Virus record (IMG/VR): IMGVR_UViG_3300025644_000010 | Length of the DNA: 34,634 nt | Direction: 5' to 3' (one strand) | Origin: a virus | Shown here: in pieces, positions 1 to 8,831 of the stretch | How the letters are laid out: each line of letters opens with the position of its first letter | Position numbering within the stretch: position 1 is the first letter of the stretch | Program-made: the position numbers and the translations under genes | Notes under the pieces: model-generated | Seen by the model: only the letters and a program-made list of their open reading frames with translations | Database searches by the model: none | Told to the model about the DNA's origin: nothing

Positions 1-189
1 TCTTTTGACATTCAATACTGACTGACAACTCAGATTCTGCTTCTGTTTTTGAACATAAACAAGGTCCTAAATAATATTTTTTTCGACCAGGTTTCCCTTT
101 CCATGTTAACCAAACATCTTCCCAATAAGATTTATATTTATCGGAAAGAGCTATTGATCCCCAACAAGTTACTTTGATTTCTTTTGACA

Positions 190-927
190 TTATAACACTC
201 TCTTTTTAATTTTATCAGGCATCCAATCAATAAAATCTTCTCTTGTTGGTGGATCATCCATCCAACTATTATCAGCTATAGGAATAGTTTTAAAACATTC
301 TTCAACTGTTAACATTTTCGAAACTTTTAATGTTTGTTGTTTACCACTATTACTTTTCCATTTAAAATAACCTTTTTCTAATACTATATGTGCAAGCTCT
401 AGTGGTTGGAATACATCTTCTCGAAGATATGCTAAAACAGCATTATGTTCACCCTTGTTCCAAAGTTCTGGTGCTTTACTACCATTCATATCAGTAATAA
501 TAGTACCGTCATTTAATTTAACTTCTTTAAGTTTACCTTTGATACCAGCTCCTTCACATGCTTTTTGAAGTGCAACATACCAACCTTTAGTGAATGTGAT
601 CATACACATCATATCAATATGATTAAGAGCTAATTCAGCACACTCTTCATAAAGACCAGATTCTTGTGCAAGCACGTGAAAATCGAATTTTGCTCCATTC
701 CAAGTTAATGGAACATACCCATCTGAATGTATTTGTTGAAGGTTTCGTACAATTCTTTGTGATTCTTCTTTACTAACACCGTTCGGATCTTGCCAATAAT
801 AAACTTGATCATGTCCAGTTATGGCTAATGCTGCACATGAGATTCCTAAGGGTGAGATTGTTTGCCAATCTTCTACATCCTCAGGAATCTCTTTCATAAT
901 TTCTAGATCAAATGATGCGAATTTCAT
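190..927 (-). CDS. Standalone DEDD-family 3'-5' exonuclease (RNase H-like; PolB-exonuclease/YprB-like)
   Basis: ExoI FDLE, ExoII TWNGAKFD and ExoIII YLREDV motifs in the ORF translation; GGAG RBS upstream. Confidence 0.8.
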   Translation of the reverse strand: MKFASFDLEIMKEIPEDVEDWQTISPLGISCAALAITGHDQVYYWQDPNGVSKEESQRIVRNLQQIHSDGYVPLTWNGAKFDFHVLAQESGLYEECAELALNHIDMMCMITFTKGWYVALQKACEGAGIKGKLKEVKLNDGTIITDMNGSKAPELWNKGEHNAVLAYLREDVFQPLELAHIVLEKGYFKWKSNSGKQQTLKVSKMLTVEECFKTIPIADNSWMDDPPTREDFIDWMPDKIKKRVL

Positions 928-994
928 AATAATTATCTCCCATAGTTAACGGGTGATAATTATTCTATCAATCACCCATTGTATTTAATATAAT

Positions 995-1204
995 TCAATT
1001 TCTTATTTCACTAACAGTTTCTTGAGCAATATCCGTTATAATAGCACTATCAATTTCTTTAATCATATTTGTTAGACAACCTTTACATATTTTAAAATCG
1101 AATTTTAAATTATAAAAGTATGTATTTGTTTTTAAACACATATTACATAACATATCTGGTTTTTTAAAAGATGTTCCTAATCTAGGATTTCTAATGATTG
1201 TCAT
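995..1204 (-). CDS. Small Cys-rich hypothetical protein
   Basis: Two CxxC pairs (CNMC, CKGC). Start refined to MTIIRNP, whose ATG overlaps the TGA of the upstream gene (ATGA). Confidence 0.5.
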   Translation of the reverse strand: MTIIRNPRLGTSFKKPDMLCNMCLKTNTYFYNLKFDFKICKGCLTNMIKEIDSAIITDIAQETVSEIRN

Positions 1205-1863
1205 AAATAATCTCCAACATATGATTCTATAGCAGGTAATATACATTTTTTATGGTAATAACCTACAAATTTATCTTTATTATTTTCATGTTGAATTGAA
1301 ATGTGTACAGCATCTTTTTCAATAGAGTGTTTACAATATTCACATGTAAATATATGTTTTTCATGCATCATTAGATAATTTCTTATCAAATCAATTATTT
1401 TATCTTGATGATATCTAATAGCTATTCTGGCAAATCTATTAATATTAAATTCAAATATTTTTGAATCATAAATATTAAATAGAAATTGAACGATTGATAT
1501 TTTATTATTTGTTATAGCCCAACACATTAAGTTATGATTACCAGCATAAATATTTGCATTAGCATGTTTTATTAGTTGTTTAACAACTCTAAGATCAAGT
1601 TTTTGAGCTTTATGAGTATGTATATAATCTGTTTTATAATATTTGTTACCATTTTTAGTAAAATAAGTTATATTATCAATATCTTTAATATCATCAAATA
1701 TATTTATTTTTTTTACCCATGCTTTATCTTTTTCAAGAAATGCAAATATATCAACATCAGCAAACATAACATTTTGTGGATTAAATAATAGTACGTTACC
1801 ATATTTGTCAGCTACTGATGTAAACATATAAAATGTTTTTTCAAAAGTTTGTTTTTTTGTCAT
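1201..1863 (-). CDS. Ankyrin-repeat-like protein with C-terminal CxxC...HxxC zinc-binding module
   Basis: ANANIYAGNHNLMCWAITNNKISIVQFL resembles an ankyrin repeat; C-terminal CEYC...YYHKKC; paralog of 2599..3267. Confidence 0.55.
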   Translation of the reverse strand: MTKKQTFEKTFYMFTSVADKYGNVLLFNPQNVMFADVDIFAFLEKDKAWVKKINIFDDIKDIDNITYFTKNGNKYYKTDYIHTHKAQKLDLRVVKQLIKHANANIYAGNHNLMCWAITNNKISIVQFLFNIYDSKIFEFNINRFARIAIRYHQDKIIDLIRNYLMMHEKHIFTCEYCKHSIEKDAVHISIQHENNKDKFVGYYHKKCILPAIESYVGDYL

Positions 1864-1892
1864 AATAAATCTCTACTTGTAAGACCGGTCAT
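1860..1892 (-). CDS. 10-aa leader minigene (MTGLTSRDLL)
   Basis: AAGGAG 7 nt upstream of the ATG; its TGA overlaps the ATG of 1201..1863. Confidence 0.4.
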   Translation of the reverse strand: MTGLTSRDLL

Positions 1893-1903
1893 GAAAATCT
1901 CCT

Positions 1904-2176
1904 TCAATTAATAGAATGAAACAAATCAACAATGTACGGTTTCCAAGAATGACTACCATCTTGAGTGTCCCAAGATGCAGTTCCATAATAACTAGGAGAG
2001 TCAGTAATTCTTCTAGCCTGTACATATGGTGGTTTACCACATCCAATAACACCATGTACATCCCAAGTTATCCCATCAATATCTTCATAAAAACCAATAC
2101 CACTCATAAACGGATTTCTTTTTAGAAATAATATATCTTGAATTTTGGATGGTGATGACCAATTTAGATTAAACAT
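1904..2176 (-). CDS. Hypothetical protein
   Basis: ORF with GGAG RBS that fills the gap in the minus-strand operon. Confidence 0.55.
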   Translation of the reverse strand: MFNLNWSSPSKIQDILFLKRNPFMSGIGFYEDIDGITWDVHGVIGCGKPPYVQARRITDSPSYYGTASWDTQDGSHSWKPYIVDLFHSIN

Positions 2177-2208
2177 GAATTTATTTCTCCAATTTAAATC
2201 GATGGTAT

Positions 2209-2595
2209 TTATTTAATTTCCAAATCTATATCTGGAATAATTGCTTGAGGTTTAAAAATCACTCTGTAATTATAGACACTAACATCAATAGGATTTAATT
2301 GTTCAGCAAAATATGTAACATTGTCAGATAATCCTAAATAATGTTTCTTATAAGAAGTTGGACTAGTTTTACAAGTTAGTTCTAATTGCCTTTCATGTTT
2401 ATCTATGGAAATAGAACATCTTCCTTCTACAACTAACATATAAGCATCTGTTATTCCGTTGTAGAAAACTATACGACGATTGATCTCAAACATTTCTGCA
2501 GCTTTAGATAAATTTTTTGAAGCTACTCTAGCATCAGTATTACATCCTAGTAATGTTATAATAAATAAGATCATTAAATAATATATTTTTGTCAT
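2209..2595 (-). CDS. Conserved phage lipoprotein
   Basis: Signal peptide ending in lipobox LLGC; the RRIVFYNGIT and KKHYLGLSDNVTYF motifs are ones I recall from a widespread phage lipoprotein family. Confidence 0.7.
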   Translation of the reverse strand: MTKIYYLMILFIITLLGCNTDARVASKNLSKAAEMFEINRRIVFYNGITDAYMLVVEGRCSISIDKHERQLELTCKTSPTSYKKHYLGLSDNVTYFAEQLNPIDVSVYNYRVIFKPQAIIPDIDLEIK

Positions 2596-2598
2596 AGA

Positions 2599-3267
2599 TT
2601 ACCTTTCAATTTCCTTACAGTAATTCTTAATTACATTTAATTCAACCGCCGGTATTACACATGTTTGATGATAATAACAACCTGAGTTTAAATCACTATT
2701 TATATCATTAATTTCATTAATAGTAATATGAAAACCATCTTTTGATATGGGATATTTACAATGATCACAAACATGTTTTGTTATATCTGTTTTGTTTACT
2801 TTAATATCTAATATATTAATAATTGATTGTTTTTTATATTTAGATGCAGTATTATACAATCTTGACATAATGTTTTCTCTAGGATCTATATATCTAATCA
2901 ATTCTTTAAAAATTCTAGGATGATTATTAACGATAGCCCAATGAAGTATGTTATAATCTCCAACACTAATATCAACATTCATTATGTTAATTAAGAAATT
3001 AAGATTTTTTAATGTTAAAGATTTTTTAGATCTAAGAATAATTTCATTAGCAGAATATCTTGTATACATATCATTATAATCATCTAAATATTCTTCGACT
3101 ATTTTGACACCTTTTGGTACTTCAACCTTTCTTACCCACATTACTGGTTTATTTAATGATATAAATAAATCCATATCATAAAATTCAAAAGGTTTTTCAC
3201 GTTTATTAATTCCAAATTTATATTTTTCACCATTAACAGTTTCGTCTGTGAGCATATAATATGGCAA
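2599..3267 (-). CDS. Ankyrin-repeat-like protein with C-terminal zinc-binding module
   Basis: NVDISVGDYNILHWAIVNNHPRIFKEL is ankyrin-like; C-terminal CDHC...YYHQTC; paralog of 1201..1863. Confidence 0.55.
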   Translation of the reverse strand: MPYYMLTDETVNGEKYKFGINKREKPFEFYDMDLFISLNKPVMWVRKVEVPKGVKIVEEYLDDYNDMYTRYSANEIILRSKKSLTLKNLNFLINIMNVDISVGDYNILHWAIVNNHPRIFKELIRYIDPRENIMSRLYNTASKYKKQSIINILDIKVNKTDITKHVCDHCKYPISKDGFHITINEINDINSDLNSGCYYHQTCVIPAVELNVIKNYCKEIER

Positions 3268-3279
3268 TGTTGAACTCCT

Positions 3280-3474
3280 TTACGTTACTAAAAACGGTTG
3301 ATCTAGATCTAATTTTTCATGATTTTCATCTTTAATAATTTCAAAACTTGAAACATTGAAATATCGATCTAGATCACGAAAATAAACTGCTAAATCATAA
3401 TCAAGTTGATCATCTCTTAATTTACTTAATTTCCTCATTACATCACGACCAGTCACATTATTCTCCTTTTTCAA
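3280..3474 (-). CDS. Hypothetical protein
   Basis: Short ORF in the minus-strand operon. Confidence 0.5.
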   Translation of the reverse strand: MKKENNVTGRDVMRKLSKLRDDQLDYDLAVYFRDLDRYFNVSSFEIIKDENHEKLDLDQPFLVT

Positions 3475-3769
3475 TATTTTTCAAAATACAATCTAAACAA
3501 ACACATGTTGAATTGCATCCGCTTTTGTTTTTAGCAAGGATTACTCTTGGACAATTAGCATAGATTCTATCAAAATAATTATCATTTATAAAATAATTTC
3601 TAACTATGTATTTAGGACCTAAATGTGGACAGTTACTTTTGTCTGCTTCATAAATAGGATAATCATATGCGATCTTTATTTCTTCCTCCCAAAGACCACC
3701 TTTATCATATTTAACTTCTTTGACATTATGTATAATATTCACTAATTCGTCTTTTGATATAATCACCAT
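3458..3769 (-). CDS. Cys-rich hypothetical protein (paralog 1)
   Basis: Shares PIYxAD..NCPHL..KYIV, A.CPR and CLDC with 3770..4078. Confidence 0.65.
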   Translation of the reverse strand: MVIISKDELVNIIHNVKEVKYDKGGLWEEEIKIAYDYPIYEADKSNCPHLGPKYIVRNYFINDNYFDRIYANCPRVILAKNKSGCNSTCVCLDCILKNIEKGE

Positions 3770-4078
3770 CTATTTTCCTCTTTCTATACTTGGTTTTGGA
3801 AGTTGTTCCAAAAGACAATCTAAACAAATTATTGTATCATCACCACAACAATAATCTTGTTCGGATACTATTGCTCTAGGACAATCTGCATAAATCATAC
3901 CGTATACATAACCATTATCAACTGTTCTACTGACAATATATTTATGACTTAAATGCGGGCAGTTGAATTCATCAGCATCATAAATCGGTTGATCAATATT
4001 AATACTTAATTTATTTTCACCAGTAAGACCACCCATATCTAGTGTTATAGTTTTAACACTATTATATTTGTCTTTCAA
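3770..4078 (-). CDS. Cys-rich hypothetical protein (paralog 2)
   Basis: Tandem paralog of 3458..3769. Confidence 0.65.
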   Translation of the reverse strand: MKDKYNSVKTITLDMGGLTGENKLSINIDQPIYDADEFNCPHLSHKYIVSRTVDNGYVYGMIYADCPRAIVSEQDYCCGDDTIICLDCLLEQLPKPSIERGK

Positions 4079-4253
4079 TTCTTCCTAACTAATAATTTTC
4101 ATAATTTCCATTAATTTTCCTCTATTTTATCATTTTCAACATCAAAGAATACATATATTGCTTCGTCAAATACTTCTTGAATATTGACTTTTCTTTTATT
4201 TTCTATATTATTTTGTATTCGTGCGAACACATAGTCAAAGAATTCTTTTTGCA

Positions 4254-5120
4254 TTATTTGAAAAGTGCTTTCGAAATTTCGACAGGTAAATTATCACAAG
4301 TGAATCCAGCAGCTTTCTTGTGTCCACCTCCACCGAATTTATAACAAATTTTAGAAACATCAATATCATCTTTCATAGTATACATACTAACTTTCCAAGA
4401 TTTTCCATTCCAACAGAAAGGTATCATTATATCTACATTGTTAACTTCAGGGTGATCTTCAAAGAACAAACTTGATATATGAGATCTATTTACTGCTAAT
4501 ACATTATAAGTATGAAGTTTTTCATTTAATTCTACACATAATTCAGTAATAAAACCAATACTATTAATTTCATGTTTATAAGTTTTTGTTACATATTTAT
4601 ATATTGTTTCACCTTTTGTAATAATTTCTTTTGTTAGATTGTTTTCAAAGACATCTTTCCAGAAAATTTGATTTTCGGGCTCACAATCATATTGTCTGAT
4701 ACCGTATTGCATACAAAGTACACTTTGAGTGAGATTCCAAATATCATAATCACCAATCAGTCTAATTGATATTGGTGGATTATTGTCTTTCATAAAGAAG
4801 ATCCATGTTAAAACACAAGCAGCAGTACCATCTACTCTTAAACCATCAAATTCAATATCTTTAAGTTCATTAATTTTTGAAATATGATGATCAATCCAAA
4901 TGAATTGTTTAGATTCTTTTTTTAATCGAATCATATCATCTTTAGGAAAACTAAAATCTGTCATAATTACAACAGTATCTTTATTGATTAAAGACCAATC
5001 AATTTTATATCCATAATCACATGGAATTAATTTAGCATCAGGGAATACGTTTTTAACTATTGCTCCAGAACATTTACCATCTAAATCCGCTCCATGATAG
5101 AAGCATATTACTTTTTTCAA
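4254..5120 (-). CDS. DHH/DHHA1 family phosphoesterase
   Basis: Motifs HGADLDG, MTDFS, IDHH and C-terminal GGGGHKKAAGF. Confidence 0.9.
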   Translation of the reverse strand: MKKVICFYHGADLDGKCSGAIVKNVFPDAKLIPCDYGYKIDWSLINKDTVVIMTDFSFPKDDMIRLKKESKQFIWIDHHISKINELKDIEFDGLRVDGTAACVLTWIFFMKDNNPPISIRLIGDYDIWNLTQSVLCMQYGIRQYDCEPENQIFWKDVFENNLTKEIITKGETIYKYVTKTYKHEINSIGFITELCVELNEKLHTYNVLAVNRSHISSLFFEDHPEVNNVDIMIPFCWNGKSWKVSMYTMKDDIDVSKICYKFGGGGHKKAAGFTCDNLPVEISKALFK

Positions 5121-5129
5121 TTTAGTCTC

Positions 5130-5354
5130 CTATTCAAATTTACTATCCCATTTATTCCAAATTTTTATAGCATCACCAGTATTTATACGAGTAAGATTTG
5201 GTCTAACATGACATTGTACATTTGAGCATTCAATTCTTTCTGCTGGAAGTTCTTTTGTATCGTCATACATTTTTCCAGTATGATCGAAATTACATATTTC
5301 GAGATATTTTAAATATCTTACTGGTTCTTTACACCACGGACAAGATTTTATCAT
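5130..5354 (-). CDS. Zinc-ribbon protein, Lar (restriction alleviation)-like pattern
   Basis: N-terminal CPWC, second CxxxxC and C-terminal AIKIWN match the Lar-family pattern as I recall it. Confidence 0.45.
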   Translation of the reverse strand: MIKSCPWCKEPVRYLKYLEICNFDHTGKMYDDTKELPAERIECSNVQCHVRPNLTRINTGDAIKIWNKWDSKFE

Positions 5355-5357
5355 CTT

Positions 5358-5777
5358 TTAACCCCAACCAACCCAGAAAGATTTTTGAATGTCATTCTGA
5401 TATTTTTTACCAGCTGTAGTAAATTCTGTCACACCTTCAACAATGAAGTAACCACCATCAATATCATCATATATATCACCTTCATCTTCAATATAATGAT
5501 AACCTGGTGTTATTTCTAAATTTGTTACTTTTTTAAAATTATCTTGTATAGATGTAAAAAGTTTCTTTATAGAATCTGTAAAATCATCACAATCGCCTTC
5601 GTATTCTTCACAAAGATCTTCAAACATTTCGTATTCATATACACGACATATATCATCGATTGTAATATTATGAGGACTTACTAGTTCTTCTAATTCTTTA
5701 ACTTCTTTCGGTACTATTTTTTTAATATTTTCCCAACTCATGGTCCAAGCACAATTTGCAGAGTATCCTGATGACAT
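5358..5777 (-). CDS. Acidic hypothetical protein
   Basis: 139-aa ORF with AGGAG RBS. Confidence 0.6.
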   Translation of the reverse strand: MSSGYSANCAWTMSWENIKKIVPKEVKELEELVSPHNITIDDICRVYEYEMFEDLCEEYEGDCDDFTDSIKKLFTSIQDNFKKVTNLEITPGYHYIEDEGDIYDDIDGGYFIVEGVTEFTTAGKKYQNDIQKSFWVGWG

Positions 5778-5781
5778 ATTA

Positions 5782-6044
5782 ATCTCCTATTTACTAGTTG
5801 ATTTATGAACTTCCATCCACACTCGAAATTCTCGAATTCTTGCTTCTAGATCATCTAATTCTTCTAAAACTTTATCATAATTTGATATCTTTTTTGGATC
5901 TTTAGGATGAAAATTATGCCATCCAAATCGGTTACATTTACAAATACTACGAGTAACTTTAGAACATTTTCCAATTAGTTGATCTGTTGGTGTCCCTATA
6001 TCCCAATAATCTAGAATCATGATTTATCTCCTATTTACTAGTTG
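5782..6044. repeat. 19-bp exact direct repeat at 5782-5800 and 6026-6044 (atctcctatttactagttg)
   Basis: Both copies encode ...TSK-stop(TAG) fused to the AGGAG RBS of the next gene. Confidence 0.85.
5787..6020 (-). CDS. Hypothetical protein
   Basis: ORF with AGGAG RBS. Confidence 0.55.
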   Translation of the reverse strand: MILDYWDIGTPTDQLIGKCSKVTRSICKCNRFGWHNFHPKDPKKISNYDKVLEELDDLEARIREFRVWMEVHKSTSK

Positions 6045-6267
6045 GTTTGTACAAACGTGAATACGTATATCGATAATTAGGATCATTTTCAGATTCAGGA
6101 ATATCAGATACAACCATATAAAAATATCCACTCAACCTATTTAAAATATTTTGATTTTTCTCTATTGACTCATAAACTCCATCTTCCCATGGCATCTTAT
6201 CACATTCAACTCTACCACCAGAATACCATTTACCAGTTTCTTTATAAAAATCTACTTGTACTAACAT
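6031..6267 (-). CDS. Hypothetical protein
   Basis: ORF in the operon with overlapping start and stop codons. Confidence 0.55.
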   Translation of the reverse strand: MLVQVDFYKETGKWYSGGRVECDKMPWEDGVYESIEKNQNILNRLSGYFYMVVSDIPESENDPNYRYTYSRLYKPTSK

Positions 6268-6402
6268 TATTAAATTCCTAACATTTCTTTAAAATTAATC
6301 GGATTGGATGGTTCTACATCTTCACCTCTTGATCACCACAATTTTTAACCCATTGAGTGATAAGTTTATCATTAGTTGTAACATCCATAGAGCTTGTGTT
6401 AA

Positions 6403-7281
6403 TCATTTCGCTTCCTCCTTTACTAAATCAACGATTCGTTGTACTGTGGTTGTGTATACTCGTCCCCATTGTTTTTCAACATCAATTGTAATTGCGTATT
6501 CTTGAAACTTCGTTTTTATTAGTTCTGGATCATAACTGTATGGGATTGATATTGCGTTGATCTTATTCATATCAATTCCACTATTTCTTAATTTTGGGAT
6601 ATTTCCGAATTTACAATAGATAAATCTTCCAGCGCTTGCCGGTAAAAAGACATTAGAATTAGTAATAAAATTATAAAGTTTCATACTATTAATAGTTGTT
6701 TGATCCTTACCCCATTTACTTGAGATCGTTACATCTTCAAATATGAATTCACCACATAATTTAATATATTCTTGATGAGTTGCATTAACTATATCAAGAA
6801 TGTATTTTAATTTATCTTTCTTTTTGATATCACTACTTAATATAATATTCTCTATTGAATTTTTTAATAACTTTTTACCCAACTCAGATGCATCGGATCT
6901 AACTACTTGTATTCCTTTATAATCCGTTATAGGAGTATCAAATATTTCTGGACCATCTGCGATCATCTTATAAGCATATTGTTTTTTGACTTTCGGAATA
7001 AACATTATACTATCTAAAATAACCTCTGTTTTAAAATCAATCATATTATGTTCAGGACTTATATTTGCCCTTTTAAATAGAGTGTCTATTACGTATGATT
7101 GTATTTCATTATTAATATCTACACTTACTCTTTTTGCTAATTCTAATTTTTCTTTAGCGGCAAGATCTTTAATATCCGCCGGAATAACAATATAAATAGA
7201 GTCTGTATCACTGTAAAGTACATGTTTTAAAAACCCTATTTCCTCTACATTTTGATAGTAATCTTTTTGTAAATCTGTCAT
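6403..7281 (-). CDS. polB: Family B DNA polymerase, C-terminal fragment only (motif C palm plus thumb)
   Basis: YSDTDS (motif C) near residue 23, KKQYAY and KGIQVVRSD; no exonuclease, motif A or motif B in this ORF. Confidence 0.85.
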   Translation of the reverse strand: MTDLQKDYYQNVEEIGFLKHVLYSDTDSIYIVIPADIKDLAAKEKLELAKRVSVDINNEIQSYVIDTLFKRANISPEHNMIDFKTEVILDSIMFIPKVKKQYAYKMIADGPEIFDTPITDYKGIQVVRSDASELGKKLLKNSIENIILSSDIKKKDKLKYILDIVNATHQEYIKLCGEFIFEDVTISSKWGKDQTTINSMKLYNFITNSNVFLPASAGRFIYCKFGNIPKLRNSGIDMNKINAISIPYSYDPELIKTKFQEYAITIDVEKQWGRVYTTTVQRIVDLVKEEAK

Positions 7282-7529
7282 AACTGATCCATGTGTTCAA
7301 GAAAGTCTATTATATCTTCATTAATTTTATTAATTGATGTTGGTATATTCTGACGCTCAATACCCACGTGGTATGTTTCAAAAATATATTCTAATATGTG
7401 TTCAATAGATTTATTTTGTTTTATTCCAAATAATAAACATCTACCAGTAAATTGTGACCAAAGATCTTCATCTTCATCATTGATCATAAATTTTGCATAC
7501 GATTGATTTGATTCTGTAAAATTTGTCAT
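7278..7529 (-). CDS. Hypothetical protein, paralog family A (copy 1)
   Basis: WSQFTGRCLLFGIKQNK...ILEYIFETYH is shared with 7966..8232. Confidence 0.65.
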   Translation of the reverse strand: MTNFTESNQSYAKFMINDEDEDLWSQFTGRCLLFGIKQNKSIEHILEYIFETYHVGIERQNIPTSINKINEDIIDFLEHMDQL

Positions 7530-7534
7530 GATTT

Positions 7535-8000
7535 CTCCAAACAGTTGTTAAAATACATACTCACATATCACCTGTATTATTTTCAAATAAACCTACCTGT
7601 ATATTCAAAGTATTTTATCATATCTTCTTTAATTTCTTCAACAGTCGTTGGGAGTACATCATAATAAAGCATGCTATTAGTGTTAAAAATATATTCATGA
7701 ATGTATAACATAGGAATATTCATTATACTACCAATTAAGAAGCTTCTACCAGCAAATAAAGACAATCTTGGTTCATCTTCTATATTTTTGAAAAGAAATT
7801 GTTTTGCATGTATCATATCGTGCATTCTAGTGTTTATTTTCTGTATTCTCATACTTTCTAATTTTTTAAGTCTATTTTCATTCTTACTCTCTCTTATTCC
7901 ATCTGTTGTAAATTTTTCCTCAAATATTTCTCTTATACGTTTAACTTTATTCTCTTCCATGCTCATTAATCCTCCGAACGGTTGTTAAAATACATACTCA
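7535..8000. repeat. 29-bp direct repeat with 2 mismatches at 7535-7563 and 7972-8000
   Basis: ctccRaacRgttgttaaaatacatactca; coding in one copy, intergenic in the other (duplication relic). Confidence 0.8.
7583..7966 (-). CDS. Hypothetical protein, paralog family A (copy 2, diverged, N-terminally extended)
   Basis: LSLFAGRSFLIG...HEYIFNT aligns to family A. Confidence 0.6.
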   Translation of the reverse strand: MSMEENKVKRIREIFEEKFTTDGIRESKNENRLKKLESMRIQKINTRMHDMIHAKQFLFKNIEDEPRLSLFAGRSFLIGSIMNIPMLYIHEYIFNTNSMLYYDVLPTTVEEIKEDMIKYFEYTGRFI

Positions 8001-8232
8001 TGTCTTCATCCAAATCATCTTTATTAGTAGATATTTCCTCAAGACTAAAATTATGATAAGTTTCAAATATATATTCTAGAATATCTTTTATCTTTCGATT
8101 TTGTTTAACACCAACTAACACACAAAGACCTGTAAATTTAGACCATTCATTGATATCATAGTTGTCTAACATAAAGTCTACATACGATTTTTCATGATTA
8201 TTATAGTTGTTCATTTTCTCACCAATAAACAT
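7966..8232 (-). CDS. Hypothetical protein, paralog family A (copy 3)
   Basis: WSKFTGLCVLVGVKQNR...ILEYIFETYH. Confidence 0.65.
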   Translation of the reverse strand: MFIGEKMNNYNNHEKSYVDFMLDNYDINEWSKFTGLCVLVGVKQNRKIKDILEYIFETYHNFSLEEISTNKDDLDEDMSMYFNNRSED

Positions 8233-8411
8233 TCTTCTGGTTGGGGGAATTCAACATCTCTAGAATTAATCAATGTTCTTTTATCAACAGATTTTACTTG
8301 ATGTGGTCCATAAGCTCGAAAATTACCTATGTGAGTACCTTTAATAAATACTTTTTGACCTTCACATACATTATCCCAAGATATACTTTCAAAATCATAT
8401 TCGTTATTCAT
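8211..8411 (-). CDS. Hypothetical protein
   Basis: First ORF downstream of cassette 1, AGGAG RBS. Confidence 0.55.
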   Translation of the reverse strand: MNNEYDFESISWDNVCEGQKVFIKGTHIGNFRAYGPHQVKSVDKRTLINSRDVEFPQPEECLLVRK

Positions 8412-8456
8412 ATCATTCTCCTTTTAAATTTTAAAAAAATAATCTAGATATTATTA

Positions 8457-8516
8457 TATTATTTCTATATAAAAAAAGAGAAAATATAATTTATCCGGGA
8501 TCTCTCCCGGATAAAT
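8457..8516 (-). promoter_or_regulatory. Hairpin + conserved promoter-like cassette, copy 1
   Basis: 12-bp perfect stem at 8489-8516, followed on the minus strand by TTTTCT-N8-ATATAGAAATAATA. Confidence 0.75.
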
Positions 8517-8525
8517 ATTAAAGGT

Positions 8526-8819
8526 TTAACCCTGATTATAAAGTGCTGTTGTCTCTAGACATTTTTTACAAAAGTACACAGCGACTGCACAGCAGTCATG
8601 GAGCCAATAATCTCCTCCACTACCACCTTTATTATCATGTAAGTCACATACGTATTGTGCAAAATCTCTTGGATATATTACATCATCTTTCTTTGTCATT
8701 GCTTCATGAGCAACAAATCCGATTCGTGCCTCTCCGTCACACCGACAACATGGTGTCATTTCTGGAAATTCATCTTGCCAACTCTTTTCTAGTCCTTCTT
8801 TACCTAGTGTTATTTCCAT
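8526..8819 (-). CDS. Cys/His-rich hypothetical protein
   Basis: CCxC, CDLH, HDCC and CKKC; AAGGA RBS. Confidence 0.6.
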   Translation of the reverse strand: MEITLGKEGLEKSWQDEFPEMTPCCRCDGEARIGFVAHEAMTKKDDVIYPRDFAQYVCDLHDNKGGSGGDYWLHDCCAVAVYFCKKCLETTALYNQG

Positions 8820-8831
8820 GTGTTTTCCTTT

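Noticed and set aside
951-977. Hairpin gggtgat/atcaccc upstream of the exonuclease gene
   Set aside because: Only a 7-bp core and no U-tract on either strand, so it cannot be called a terminator.
1873-2061. Minus-strand ORF MYMVLLDVV...
   Set aside because: Overlaps 1904..2176 in another frame and has no RBS.
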